Positions 50,513 to 61,261 of a stretch of DNA of 64,000 nt are shown piece by piece. The notes beneath the pieces were generated by a model. The model did not search any database. It saw nothing but the letters and a program-made list of their open reading frames with translations, and was not told where the DNA came from. A program made the position numbers and the translations under genes. The DNA is from Pocillopora damicornis (Eukaryota): assembly GCF_003704095.1 (NCBI RefSeq), contig NW_020845998.1:248001-312000 (forward strand), given 5' to 3'. Position 1 is the stretch's first letter; each line of letters begins with the position of its first letter.

Positions 50513-51639
50513 TTAATTGGAGTCGAAAGATTCCGATTCTTCATCGATGGTATACAATCGATACCTCCTCGGTCTTGCTCGTTTGACATACTCTTCGTCT
50601 TCACTGTCGTCGTCCTCGAAGAGCGGATTGACCGTCACGTTACTCTGTACCTCGCTTTCAAATAAGTCGCTGATCGACATAAAATCACTGGTGCGCAGGG
50701 TCTGAGTACAACTGGCCGAAAATCCGGGACCTTGTCTCCTGACATGCGCAGCAAAAGAGATACTAGTCTCAATATGTCCTTGGTAGTCATTAAACATGGA
50801 AGAGGGTGACAAGCTTCTCGATAATGAAACTTCAGGTGGCTCTCTTTCACGGCTTCGGCGTTGACTTCGTCGTGTTAGGATCTTGGTTCGCAATTTGACT
50901 TTTGACTTAACTTGTGAAAGTTCATCATCCGACGAATCTTCGTCAATTTGTTCATCTAAAAAGCGTGAATATTTTTTCTTCCGGAATATTTCTTTAAAAG
51001 ATTTCATTTTAGTTCTAGTTTTACCCGGGTTCTTCCACATCTCTGTCACGAACCAGGGTTCAGTGTAAGAGGGTACATATTTGGTGTTTAACGGGGTTTT
51101 CGTAGATTTATTTTCGGTGGTATCTAAATCTTCATTGAAGTCACAGGCTCCACCGTCTGTCAATGACTGCGAGGAGCTGGGTGTCTCCTGTGCGCTTGAG
51201 GTCGCAACCTCTTCTGGGATTGATGGTGATGCATTTGTCTTTACCAGAACAATTTTCTCTGTCACTTCGCCTGTCAATTACAAAATGAGTATAGCTTGAA
51301 AGTGAATGAAATCGACAATATAGGCAAAAGTATATACTCTCAGGTATTAAGACAAATTAAAGTTTCACAGACTTATAGCGCATCCAAAGGCGGATACAGA
51401 ATGTACCTTTTATTTTACTTGCTTCTTTTTCCAGTGAGTTCCACTCTTGAGGCGTGATTTCCTCATAAAAGCTGTAAAGAAAGAAAGCAAGTGTTTAATT
51501 CTGAAATTGGTTGTTCGTAAAACAAACCAAATGGACTTGTTTTGGGCTACTTGGTGTGTTTTGGTCCTCTGATACGAGCATGTTCTATTCACCTCCATTT
51601 TGCATTATGATAACGTTCGGATGTAACGCGGGCTGTCAT
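50513..51639 (-). CDS. Uncharacterised, probably disordered S/E/D/K/R-rich protein (~289 aa) with C-terminal LxxIxE motif
   Basis: Exons 51639-51593 (MTARVTSERYHNAKW, phase 2), 51471-51407 (phase 2-1) and 51270-50513 (stop). Total 870 nt in frame. No recognisable globular domain. A gap lies just upstream (51668-51767). Confidence 0.7.
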
Positions 51640-51667
51640 TTGTGGAAAGAGCGAGCTCGATCAGAGT

Positions 51668-51767
51668 NNNNNNNNNNNNNNNNNNNNNNNNNNNNNNNNN
51701 NNNNNNNNNNNNNNNNNNNNNNNNNNNNNNNNNNNNNNNNNNNNNNNNNNNNNNNNNNNNNNNNNNN
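51668..51767. other. Assembly gap (100 N)
   Basis: N run; 100 is often a placeholder for unknown size. Confidence 1.
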
Positions 51768-52550
51768 TCTCGCAAGTAATCAGCAAGGGATGCTACACAA
51801 ATCAAACTAAATGTATGTAATTAAAACTCGACTCACTTTTCCAAGAGAAATTCATCTCGAAAGAACAATCCCCTCCAACAAAAGAAACAGTTTTGGCAGC
51901 ACATACAGCACGAGAATTTACAACAGCTTCTAATGAGACTCTTTATACAAGCAGCGATATTAGAATCTTCTGGTGTAAAAATTTCCAAGAAGATTCCTCT
52001 CAATTGATCGCTTCGAATCGCCGTCTAGGAAAACGACGTGGTCGACACTGAACATCATATAGCGAATAAAAAGTAACAGAACATTTTACGAAAATTCCGT
52101 TTTTGGTCGATTTTCAACTAATTATGAGTCCGTGCCTTGGTTTTAAAATAATTACACAGATTTTGTCACAACTCATTTATAATTTATGGACGAATGGTTA
52201 GATATCATTACCTTAACAGTTTGTGTTGTTTTTCACATAACTAATTTTTTAAGAATTAAATGCAATATTTTCTGATAATATTTGTATTTTCGTTTCTTTG
52301 TCAAAAAAAGTATCCCCTTTCAGAGACCGCTATATATCTAAAAAGATTTATCTTAGCTTACAACATTTCTGCACAGTTTGTAGACAGTGTGTATCGTTAA
52401 TTAACAAGAAATAATACTGATTTTACCCATTTACATTCCGTATTGAAATAAGTGCATTAGTAATTTCTCGAACTCTAGGGACAATCGTTGTCAACCACAA
52501 AGCTTATTACTCAATGATTCATCCTTCAGTAACAATCAGTTATTCATGCT

Positions 52551-52830
52551 AGAGTACATTTCGATAGCGTAACGTAAAACCAAACCCAAGGGAATCCCAA
52601 CGGCCCACCAGAAGAAGGGAAAATATTACGAAGAGCCAATGAGAACTCATAGTAAAAAAAAGAAAGCCATCTGAAGTGTGGGAAATAGCGCGTGATCGAG
52701 TCATGATTGATTTTCCTTTTCAATCTGATTGGTGGAGAGATAGGAGCGAGATTTCTGGGCCAATCACAAATGGAGTAAAGCAAAACCCAAGCAATTCCGG
52801 ATTTCTTTCGACACTCAATTGATGATATCT
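52551..52830. mobile_element. MITE-like repeat family 1 copy, reverse orientation
   Basis: GCCAATGAGAACTCA...ATCTGATTGG...GCAAAACC...TTTCGACACTCAATTGA is the reverse complement of the family core. Confidence 0.75.
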
Positions 52831-53487
52831 TTTTCTCCATGATTCAAGCACCAACCACTGAGAAATCACACCTATACTTTCCTAGCATTAAGTTATTCAA
52901 TTAGTAGAGATGCGAGTACTCCCGAAACTCCATCCTTATCTAGATCAAATGGAGGAGGAAAGACTGGATTCGATCGAAAAGCTCAACTCACTCTGTACCA
53001 TACCCTCCACCCTCCCCTGCCGTCTGACAGCGCGTAATTTCAGTATTCACACTTTTACAAATTCCGGCAAATCTAAAATCAACCAGGAAAATCGAAATTT
53101 AACAAAATACGTGCCATTTTATTACATCGATATACACAAAATGATTCCTAAATATTCATATATTCATGAATTATTGTCTTTTAGCATTGACTCCAGAAAT
53201 AAAACTCAAACCTTCTCCTAACGGTCATAAATGTTCTAACCCGGCCTGAAACGAACTACAGGCCGGATGATACATGTGTTATTTTAACCAGCATCGATAT
53301 GATAAATGATGAAAATTTGAACAAGAAGAAATGAAAATCGAAGATCATTTTAACAATATCCTTCCAGTTTTAAAGAAATTTCAGTAACAGCTGCATTTGT
53401 CACTATCACAAAACCAGCACAGCAAAACCAATATATTTTTTTGCAGATGAATAAGTTCACGTTGTAAGACCGTTTTTATCTAAACCG

Positions 53488-54927
53488 CTAAATGGAGGGC
53501 GGATGAGGTGGGCTGTATTTCAATTTGGCAATAATCGCATCTAGGGTGTGGTTGGGCGGAGGCAGAACGCATTGCCATCTTTGAGTCACCTTGGCTTTAG
53601 AAGAGGGGGGTAATTCTTGTACCAGATCCAGTAAAGTAGGATCCGGCTCACAAAGGTTTATACGTTTCAAACAACGACAGTTGTCGACCAGTGCGTTCAT
53701 TAGCACAGCGTCCGCGACGGAATCCATCGAGGCAAAGTTTATAAGCGACACAGCCTCGAGGAATTCACAATATCTTATAAGGTTTGGAAAGAACATGCTC
53801 TCGGAAATACTAGCTTTGCCGAAAGCGCCGTATTCCAGAACCTCTAGTCTAGGAAGCATCCTTAAAACTTCTGCCATGGCCGATGGATTGATGCTTGAAG
53901 ATTGATACACCCCTAAGCATTTCAGTTTAGGGCAGGCTCGGGATAAAATGTATAAAGCCTCAGGCGTCAATGTAAGACTCCATCTTACATCTAACATTTC
54001 TAAGTTTGTTCCTGTTTCTTGTCGCGCAATCTGTAACAAAACTGCGTCTGTTACCGCTCGGCCGACGCCACAGTACGATAAGTTGAGATACCTCAAAGTC
54101 TTCACGTTTGTAACCAGGCTAATGAGGCCTATCTGTGTTATGTTAGAGCACGCTGAAATATCTAATTCCTCCACAGGGACGAACTTCCAGTCGCTGATCA
54201 CGAAACAATCGTCACGCACCGGCGTGTAACGAAGAAGCAGCGTAGTCAATCGAGAACACGATCGGAAAAGCGTGCAAAATGTTCGCCCATAGACATATTT
54301 GCATCCGTTTAAACAAAATGATTCCAGTAAAGGGCAGCACTCGGCCACTTTACCGATAACTTCGTCTGTAATTGTGTCGCAGTTCGTACAGTCAAGTATA
54401 ACCAATCTTTGCATTTTGGTGAACAAAGACGGGACCGCGCCCTTCGAGGAATTGTTTCCAATGCCTAGGTATTTCACCTCACAAAAGTGCCTTATTATTC
54501 GCCCTAAGAAGGCAAAGTCTCCTTTAATCGGCCTCAACTCCACCAATTCCAGTTGAGAAGGAAATTCGTAGGTGACTTCGGTGTATTTCGGAGGTGGACT
54601 TGGCGGTCGTAATTTTGATCCTCGACTGAATATTAAATATTTCAAACTTTTACATTTCCTGTTCAGCTCGCTGAGAAGCTCAAGCGAAATTTTACAGCCA
54701 CCCAAGTGAAGAATAGAGAGAGAATGAGAAAATCTTGTCCTTATAAGCATGTGCAAGGTATCTTCGTCGAGTTTTGCAGCTTGTCGTTTCAAGTTAACAG
54801 CCTTCCAAAGAGAATGATCGTACGCTAGCCGGCGCCAATAACTGCAGACTCTAGCAGCTTTCCCCAGATCCCCAACAGGAAGAAAAGAAAAAACTTTTAA
54901 AATGACTATTTCTGGCAAAAAATCCAT
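53488..54927 (-). CDS. F-box/leucine-rich repeat protein (FBXL-type SCF substrate receptor), intronless, 479 aa
   Basis: N-terminal F-box (LPEIVILKVFSFLPVGDLGKAARVCSYWRRLAYDHSLWKAVNL) followed by cysteine-containing LRRs (e.g. LVILDCTNCDTITD, VEELDISACSNIT, LRYLNLSYCG). In-frame TAG upstream of the ATG. Confidence 0.93.
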   Translation of the reverse strand: MDFLPEIVILKVFSFLPVGDLGKAARVCSYWRRLAYDHSLWKAVNLKRQAAKLDEDTLHMLIRTRFSHSLSILHLGGCKISLELLSELNRKCKSLKYLIFSRGSKLRPPSPPPKYTEVTYEFPSQLELVELRPIKGDFAFLGRIIRHFCEVKYLGIGNNSSKGAVPSLFTKMQRLVILDCTNCDTITDEVIGKVAECCPLLESFCLNGCKYVYGRTFCTLFRSCSRLTTLLLRYTPVRDDCFVISDWKFVPVEELDISACSNITQIGLISLVTNVKTLRYLNLSYCGVGRAVTDAVLLQIARQETGTNLEMLDVRWSLTLTPEALYILSRACPKLKCLGVYQSSSINPSAMAEVLRMLPRLEVLEYGAFGKASISESMFFPNLIRYCEFLEAVSLINFASMDSVADAVLMNALVDNCRCLKRINLCEPDPTLLDLVQELPPSSKAKVTQRWQCVLPPPNHTLDAIIAKLKYSPPHPPSI

Positions 54928-55433
54928 ACCAGGATGGATTATCTTTGCCGGCCACTACTGCACAGTGGCCTTAGTCAATTCGTGTTCAATCCATGTTCTT
55001 AATAAATGGTAATTAAACGTCACAGAGGCAATCTGGTTAATAGAAAGTATCAACCTCGCGCTGTAATTACGCGCGAACAGATAAAAAAAACAAAGCAATA
55101 GAAAGAATCAAGGCAAGAATGAATAAACTGAGGTACAAATTTATCAACAGCTTTCAGCTGTCGAAATTTTAAACTGGCCCCCTCAAGCCTCGTTTCCTTA
55201 ACTTTGGCGACAAAAACGGAGTGTACTTTGTTATGGTGATAAAATTATTCATGTAATAGTACAGGCCAAAAATCAGTAGCCTATGAGCAGAACCTTATTA
55301 TCAATGCATCTGCGCGAGTGTTTCTTTGCCCAGCAGAAAGTATGAAGACTTGAGCGACACAAGTCAGCGATCGAGAGGTCTGGTAATTAAAGTACTGATT
55401 AGAGCCAAACCCCTGATAAACCTATCCCTGATA

Positions 55434-56110
55434 TCTCAGTGTTTTGGATATCCTCGTGTTTTAGGTATTCCCGTACCTAAAACACTAATGTTTTCAGTAT
55501 CCCCACCGAGGACACCCAGAACCCTGGAAGTGAATTGAACAGGAGACTGGGAGAAGTAACATGCCATCAATCTTTTATTTATCGTGAATAAAAAAAAGAA
55601 AGACAAAAAATAATTGCTCGCAGACGTCAGGAAATTGTCATCCAAAGTCAATTCTCGCACTTGAGATTGTGGTTGGTAAAAAAAATGTTCATTTGTTGCT
55701 AAGCATCCTGGAAAGAGAGATTAGTCAGCAGTTTCAAGTGAGTTGCTTCGCATGCACGCAGTTCATCCGATCGATTTGAGACACGCGCAGAAGGAGGATT
55801 TCTCCACTTGTTGGGATTTTACGTTTAAGAAAATGACCGGAAAGGTTGTATTTTCCGCTTAGCTCTGAGGCTGTGAGTAATCGTTACTGTCGGACTTGTT
55901 CAGACTTGTTCACCATCAGTGTGAATGTGTGGGAAAATTCCTATTGCTTCAATGACCTTGGCAATGTTATCAGAAATTTACCGCGAGTGAGGAAAAGTAT
56001 CTTGACAGCAGTGAATCTCTTGGATACGAAAAAACCGTTTTGAATTAATAACACTAGTGTTTTGGGTACGGGAATGCCCAAAACTTGGGGAAACCCAAAA
56101 CACTGTGACA
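55434..56110. repeat. ~60-bp inverted repeats about 550 bp apart (possible MITE) between the F-box and caspase genes
   Basis: CAGTGTTTTGGATATCCTCGTGTTTTAGGTATTCCCGTACCTAAAACACTAATGT (~55437) matches the reverse complement of ACACTAGTGTTTTGGGTACGGGAATGCCCAAAACTTGGGGAAACCCAAAACACTG (~56051-56105). Confidence 0.7.
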
Positions 56111-56638
56111 ACGACTCGTCTCCAATCTTCCCGTGGGACGTGTAACGCGCGTCCCACAGCACTAACAATGAGAGTTAAAAATCATTATTAAAAACTGGAT
56201 CACTGGATTCAATTCACGAGTTTTCATCGGCCTAGCCATCATGGGTTATAAACCATTATACCATGGGCGCGCATGAAGACGAGTTAAACCAGAAGTATTT
56301 TTGTACATTGTAACATTCCGTTTGTTACAGAATAAAGTTGGAAAGATTTATCCATATTTATTATATTTATAATATTTATTTTATACTCGCACTTGTTGGA
56401 TATAAGATCTGCGCGCACTCACGCAATGATTTTTAATATAACCCCTAATGTCCATTTTACATATTTTTTTTCAAGATTACGCCATAACTATCCACACTTC
56501 GCAGACAGTCAAAAAGTATTTTATTAAAGAGGTAGATTAGCTCTGAGCTCAAATAGTCCTGTTATTACGTATGGGATAAGGACGATAGTATTTAACGTTT
56601 TTTTTTTTTTTTTGGGTAAAGATATTTTATCATATCGC

Positions 56639-56670
56639 CAGGAGCCCATTACTTGAGTAATGGGTTCCTG
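56639..56670. mobile_element. 32-bp hairpin flanked by a 7-bp TSD (same family as 16850-16877)
   Basis: ATATCGC [CAGGAGCCCATTACT TG AGTAATGGGTTCCTG] ATATCGC. Confidence 0.8.
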
Positions 56671-57099
56671 ATATCGCTTGGGACATAGCAAGTGCCCCCT
56701 CTTTGCCTTTATTAGTGAAACAAGGTCAGGTTTGCAAGAAATAAGATCAAATAAGTTCTACGGAGGAAATGGAAATTAAAAGCGAATTTATTCGATAATA
56801 GCTTGTTAATAACATCTTCATTCAGTAGAGCTTTCGCCTTCTAGATCAGTTGTAAAATGAATGAAATCAGGCGCAACTGTTCGCAATCAAACAGAATCAT
56901 CAGTTATCAGACGGGATCGCAAGAAATCTGGTGCTGAAGTCCGCGTAACTTTGCAAACCGTGTACTAACCAAAGAAGACCCTACGCGAGCTGCTACTCGA
57001 CAGAACTGTGGTTTTACACTCAACATCAAGCCGCGTATGGTGTTCACCACTGACCGCAAGAAACACACTTGCGCTTCTCTTTGACATCGATTTGACACG

Positions 57100-57145
57100 T
57101 TTTCTGATTGGCTGGTGAGCTCTATCCGCAAATAAACCAATGGAA
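57100..57145 (+). promoter_or_regulatory. Paired CCAAT boxes upstream of the caspase ATG
   Basis: CTGATTGGCT (~57103-57112, reverse CCAAT) and AACCAATGG (~57135-57143) lie about 85-120 bp upstream of ATG 57226 in CpG-richer DNA. Confidence 0.45.
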
Positions 57146-57225
57146 AGCCTCTTAAGAAGACACATCGTCTTACGTTTGGGCAAGTTTCAAGGTAATCCGG
57201 GAAGAACGAAAACAATTGTAGAAAA

Positions 57226-59449
57226 ATGGATAAAAAGCACAGAGACTTGTTGAGAAAGAACAGATTGTTACTAGTAGAAGATTTAGAAGCTACCCAGCTA
57301 TCCAATTTTTTATATCAGGAGGGAGGTATATCGGAAAACGATATGCAAACCATAAAGGCAAAACCCACGAGACAAGCTCAAGCGGAAAAGCTTCTGGACA
57401 TTCTTCCTCGTCGTGGACCGAAAGTTTTTGATGTGTTTTGCCGAGCTCTTGAGCAAACTGACGGCCAAGGCCACCTATTGGATATGTTGAAGACGAATGG
57501 ATCACCTACCTCTGGTAAATTATGAACGTTCGTTGTGACTTGTTATATTATGACTTAAAGTATGTAGTAACTTTCAGTCTCTCTTTTGATTAGAGTTAGA
57601 AGCTCTCTTAATAAGGCTAAGCTTATTGATTCTTACTAATCGTTGTAATAAGTATGTAACTCTCTGGCTCTGATTTTCATCCGCAAGATATAAAATTATT
57701 GTAAAAAGATGGTAAGGAACTTCCCTTGGCCCAAAATATTTAACACAACTCTAATTTGTAAGTTTCCGTGATACGTTTTAAACGTTTTGAGCACCATTGT
57801 ACAAGTTACGATTGTGTTTTCCTTGTATGATATTTATGGACCTCAGACCACTGATTAGGTTCTTTTTCTTTTTACCAGAAAGGTTTTCAAAGTAATGGTT
57901 GATAAGAGTTTCATTATAACCCTTTAACTTGCAAGATCTAATTGTTAATTCACCCCTTCAGCTGCTACACATAACCTTGTAAATTACTTGTGAGAATTTG
58001 GTTTTAACCCAAGATGACTTCTACCTGATAAGTCTGCATATTCTTATTACCTGTTTATGGGATAATGTATGGATATATATCATAGGGAGAAGAAACACTC
58101 AAAAAGCTCTCGACTGTTGGTCAAATTATCTACCATAGGAACTGTAAAGAGAAAATTAGGAAGACTTAACATACTGATGTTGGGGTATAGCAGTGTTCTC
58201 CCTTATTTTAAGCATGACAGGTTAAAATAAATTTTCAAACCAGTAAAGCAATCCTTTTAATTGTTAAATTTTCAAGAATTCCAAGCAATTTTAATGCTAA
58301 TAGGAGGTACTACAGGCAGTAAATATTACCAGTTACTGCCTGAAAAGGAGAACACTGGTATAGAGGGTTAATTTTTTTATTTAGAGGTAATAATGTTAGG
58401 GAAAATTAGATTCTAGTCACTCCTAGGGGTTATAGGGTTAAAGAGAAATTTTTACTTTCTTTTTTTTTTTTTATTAACTTAAAGGAGCAGTGTCAAGCTC
58501 AATCCAGGATGGAAACAGAGGCAGCATCTCACTGGAGCGGAGTGACGGCACCAGACAAATTTATTCAGAGCAAGTGGCTTTGAAATCCAATACCTCTACT
58601 TCATCACAAGTCAAGAAGAATGCTCTGCGTGGTTCTGATGATGATGACTTGGTTTACTCCATGAAGTGTGAACCTCATGGCTTATGTTTGATTGTTAACA
58701 ATGTAGATTTTGAGTATCTTAGTAGAAGAGGTGGTTCTGATGTGGATGCAAAAAAACTTGATGAATTGTTTACTAAGCTTCAGTACAAGGTCAAAATGGT
58801 CAGGAATCAGACTTCAAAACAGCTCAAAGAAACTCTGACCCAGTTTGCAAGATTGAATGACCATGGAATGGCAGATTCTGTTGTTGTCTGTCTCCTTAGT
58901 CATGGGTTGGAAGGGCAAATTTTTGGTGTTGATGGAGTGCTTGTGTCCATTCCAGATCTTCTGGCATTGTTCAATGGTTATGCAGCAAAAGATCTCATTG
59001 GGAAACCAAAGATGTTTTTTATCCAAGCTTGTCGTGGAAGTGATTTTGATCAAGGAGTAGAGGTAACTGATGGTGGGTATATGTCTGCCAATGAAGTTCC
59101 AGTTGCAGAGGCAAGAGCTACTGTTGTTCAGGCACACTTACCTGGAGTCAAACCTGATACAGTTGTACCAGAGCCAGAACCAGAATCACTCCCTGCTGAA
59201 GCTGACATGTTAGTTGCTTACTCCACTGTTCCAGGATATGTTTCCTGGAACAATTTGGCTAAAGGTTCCTGGTTTGTCCAAGCTATAGCTGATGTTTTTA
59301 GTGATTATGCCCATACTGAAGATGTTGTCAGTATGTTGATCAGAGTAAATAATAAAGTTGCCAGGGAGTTTGAGTCATTTAATAGAAAGAAACAGATGCC
59401 AGCACCTGTAATCATGTTGACTAAAAAAGTTTTCTTTTTCCCTTCATAG
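57226..59449 (+). CDS. CARD-containing initiator-type caspase (caspase-2/9-like architecture), 2 exons, ~417 aa
   Basis: Exon 1 57226-57514 encodes a CARD (MDKKHRDLLRKNRLLLVEDL...LLDILPRRGPKVFDVFCRAL), donor G|gtaaat. Exon 2 58485-59449 follows a poly-T acceptor (alternative in-phase AG gives 58491). Catalytic LSHG and QACRG are present, plus linker site VEVTD-G and p10 motifs ADMLVAYSTVPGY, GSWF and KQMP. Confidence 0.95.
57917..58441. mobile_element. Nested family-2 MITE-like fragments in the caspase intron
   Basis: TAACCCTTTAAC..CAAGATCTAATTGTTAATTC start, internal CATACTGATGTTGGGG, and terminal TAGTCACTCCTAGGGGTTATAGGGTTAA. Confidence 0.6.
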
Positions 59450-59683
59450 TAGGTGCGAAAGCAGAACACATTGTAGTACTCTGATGTAAAGAAAGGAAAA
59501 TAATGTTCTATTTTTTTAGAATTGTCTAAAAAAAAAAAACAGAAAGAAACGAATCCCAGCACCTGTAATCATGTTGACTAAAGAAGTTTTCTTTTTCCCT
59601 TCTTAGTAGGTATGAAAGTAGAACATGTATTAGTACTCTGATGATGAAGAGAAAGGAAAAAAATGACCCATTTTTTTAGGAAT
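59384..59683 (+). repeat. Tandem duplication (~157-bp period) of the caspase 3' end
   Basis: AGAAAGAAAC..CCAGCACCTGTAATCATGTTGACTAAA.AAGTTTTCTTTTTCCCTTC.TAGTAGGT starts at ~59384 and again at ~59541. Confidence 0.9.
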
Positions 59684-59910
59684 GTGCCTTTTAAGGAAAA
59701 AAAAGTTTTAATATGACAGCTAATCTGATCAGTTCTGATAGGAAAATAGTTCAAAAGTTGAAATGATAACAGTGAAGAACACAGAACAATGACATAACTG
59801 AACTGCATCAAATGGCAGAAGCCCAGAAACCACTAATTAAAAGTGACAATAAATTACAGCTGCTGGAGGTAAGGAAGATTGCACTGATTATTGCTGCCTT
59901 CTTTAGACCT

Positions 59911-60125
59911 CTTAACCCTTATACTCCCAAGATCTGATTGTAAATTCTCCCTTCAAGCTGCCAGACATTTCCTCATTAGTCAGGTATGAGGATTTGGTGT
60001 TAGATCACAATTATCACTACAACTTTTACGTGATAGGTTTGAGTAATGTCATCACCTGTTTCCTGGATATAGCTTGATCTTAAATATATTAAACCAACAT
60101 GTTAATCACTTCTGGCAGATTAAGA
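59911..60125. mobile_element. MITE-like repeat family 2 copy
   Basis: TTAACCCTTATACTCCCAAGATCTGATTGTAAATTCTCCCTTCAAGCTG matches the start of the 57917 copy. Confidence 0.65.
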
Positions 60126-60878
60126 ATTGATTTATACCTATTTTATTTTGAAAACTGGAGAAAAAAAATTTCTGCCATGTAGTTGAATCTCACCAGACAT
60201 CTAGACACACTAACTGTAAAATGTGCAGTTGCATGTGTCAAGTTGTGATTGTTGTGGTAATCCTGCTGTGTATTGCATTTTTGTATGGAAAAAGAAAATG
60301 ATAGAGTGGAATTATCCTTGATGTTTGTATTCAGTCTTGTAAGATTTCTAGACACTCTAACTTCAAAATGCACTGCTGTTAGTAAACATCTTTTTGCAAA
60401 CGAATGCCATCATAGCAATCATTCAGTGAGTAACATTTGAGTATGGAAAAAGGAAATATAGAATGCAAGTAGTCTTGATGTTTGCAGTCAAAGTGTGTAT
60501 GAACCCCGAAAACTAGTGTATTGTTGATGAAACAAGTTAATAAATATCATAGTACCAGTGTACAAGTCATTGGTGTTTTTTTCTGGGGCGGGGAGGGAAA
60601 GTGGTTGTGATACCTTGTTCATTTCCTTGCATAACACCTCTGTTGGATACCTGGTATTTTAGAGAGCTTTTCAATTATATTTTCCTGAAAGGAACATGAA
60701 TTACAGTGAAAGGCTTATTCTAATTTTCTCTTGGATTGTTGCCTAGAATTGTCAATATTGGAACAAGTACTTTATTTCCTCATTTGATGTCTCTGTTGTA
60801 AACTTTCCAAAGATGTCCTATAGTTGTTAATAGTTCTAACATTGGTAGCTATATTTTCCAAGATAGCTAGTATAAGTT

Positions 60879-61084
60879 CTTAACCCTCTGTCTCCCAAGA
60901 GTGACTCATATCTTCTCTCAACCAAATCACCCCTGAATCACATATTTAGGTCATGAGAATAAAAGAAGCGATCACAAACTTAAGAAGCTCTAGATTGTTT
61001 AACAAATTCTCTTATCAGCACATTACGAAGTGTGCGGAGAAAGTAAAGAGAAAGTGAAAACTGACTTTTGGATGTAAGGGGTTG
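60879..61084. mobile_element. MITE-like repeat family 2 copy, reverse of the 28569 type
   Basis: TTAACCCTC...CCCCTGAATCACA...ATGAGAATAAA..ATCAC...AACAAATTCTC...GGATGTAAGGGGTTGA. Confidence 0.65.
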
Positions 61085-61261
61085 AGGGCCTTGTGAGTTA
61101 AGGCCAGGGCCATACTACACCATCCACCGGTTAGAGATTTATTCAAGCTTATTCAGCGGTTAAGCATTATTCAACCTTCGAACACGACCTTCTATGTCAT
61201 TAATAGAAAGAGATAAAATGTGTCTTCATATATAAAGTAGTCACTGAAAGAAAGCATCGGC

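Noticed and set aside
54950-54970. Small hairpins GGCCACT-N7-AGTGGCC (F-box 5' side) and CCGGCCTG-N10-CAGGCCGG (53241)
   Set aside because: 7-8 bp stems without TSDs are expected by chance in 64 kb.
57514-61251. Possible CARD-cGLR chimeric splice (AG at 61249-61250 is in phase with caspase exon 1)
   Set aside because: The acceptor has no polypyrimidine tract and competing upstream AGs, and the caspase has its own AATAAA (~59848). Only junction reads 57514->61251 would rescue it.
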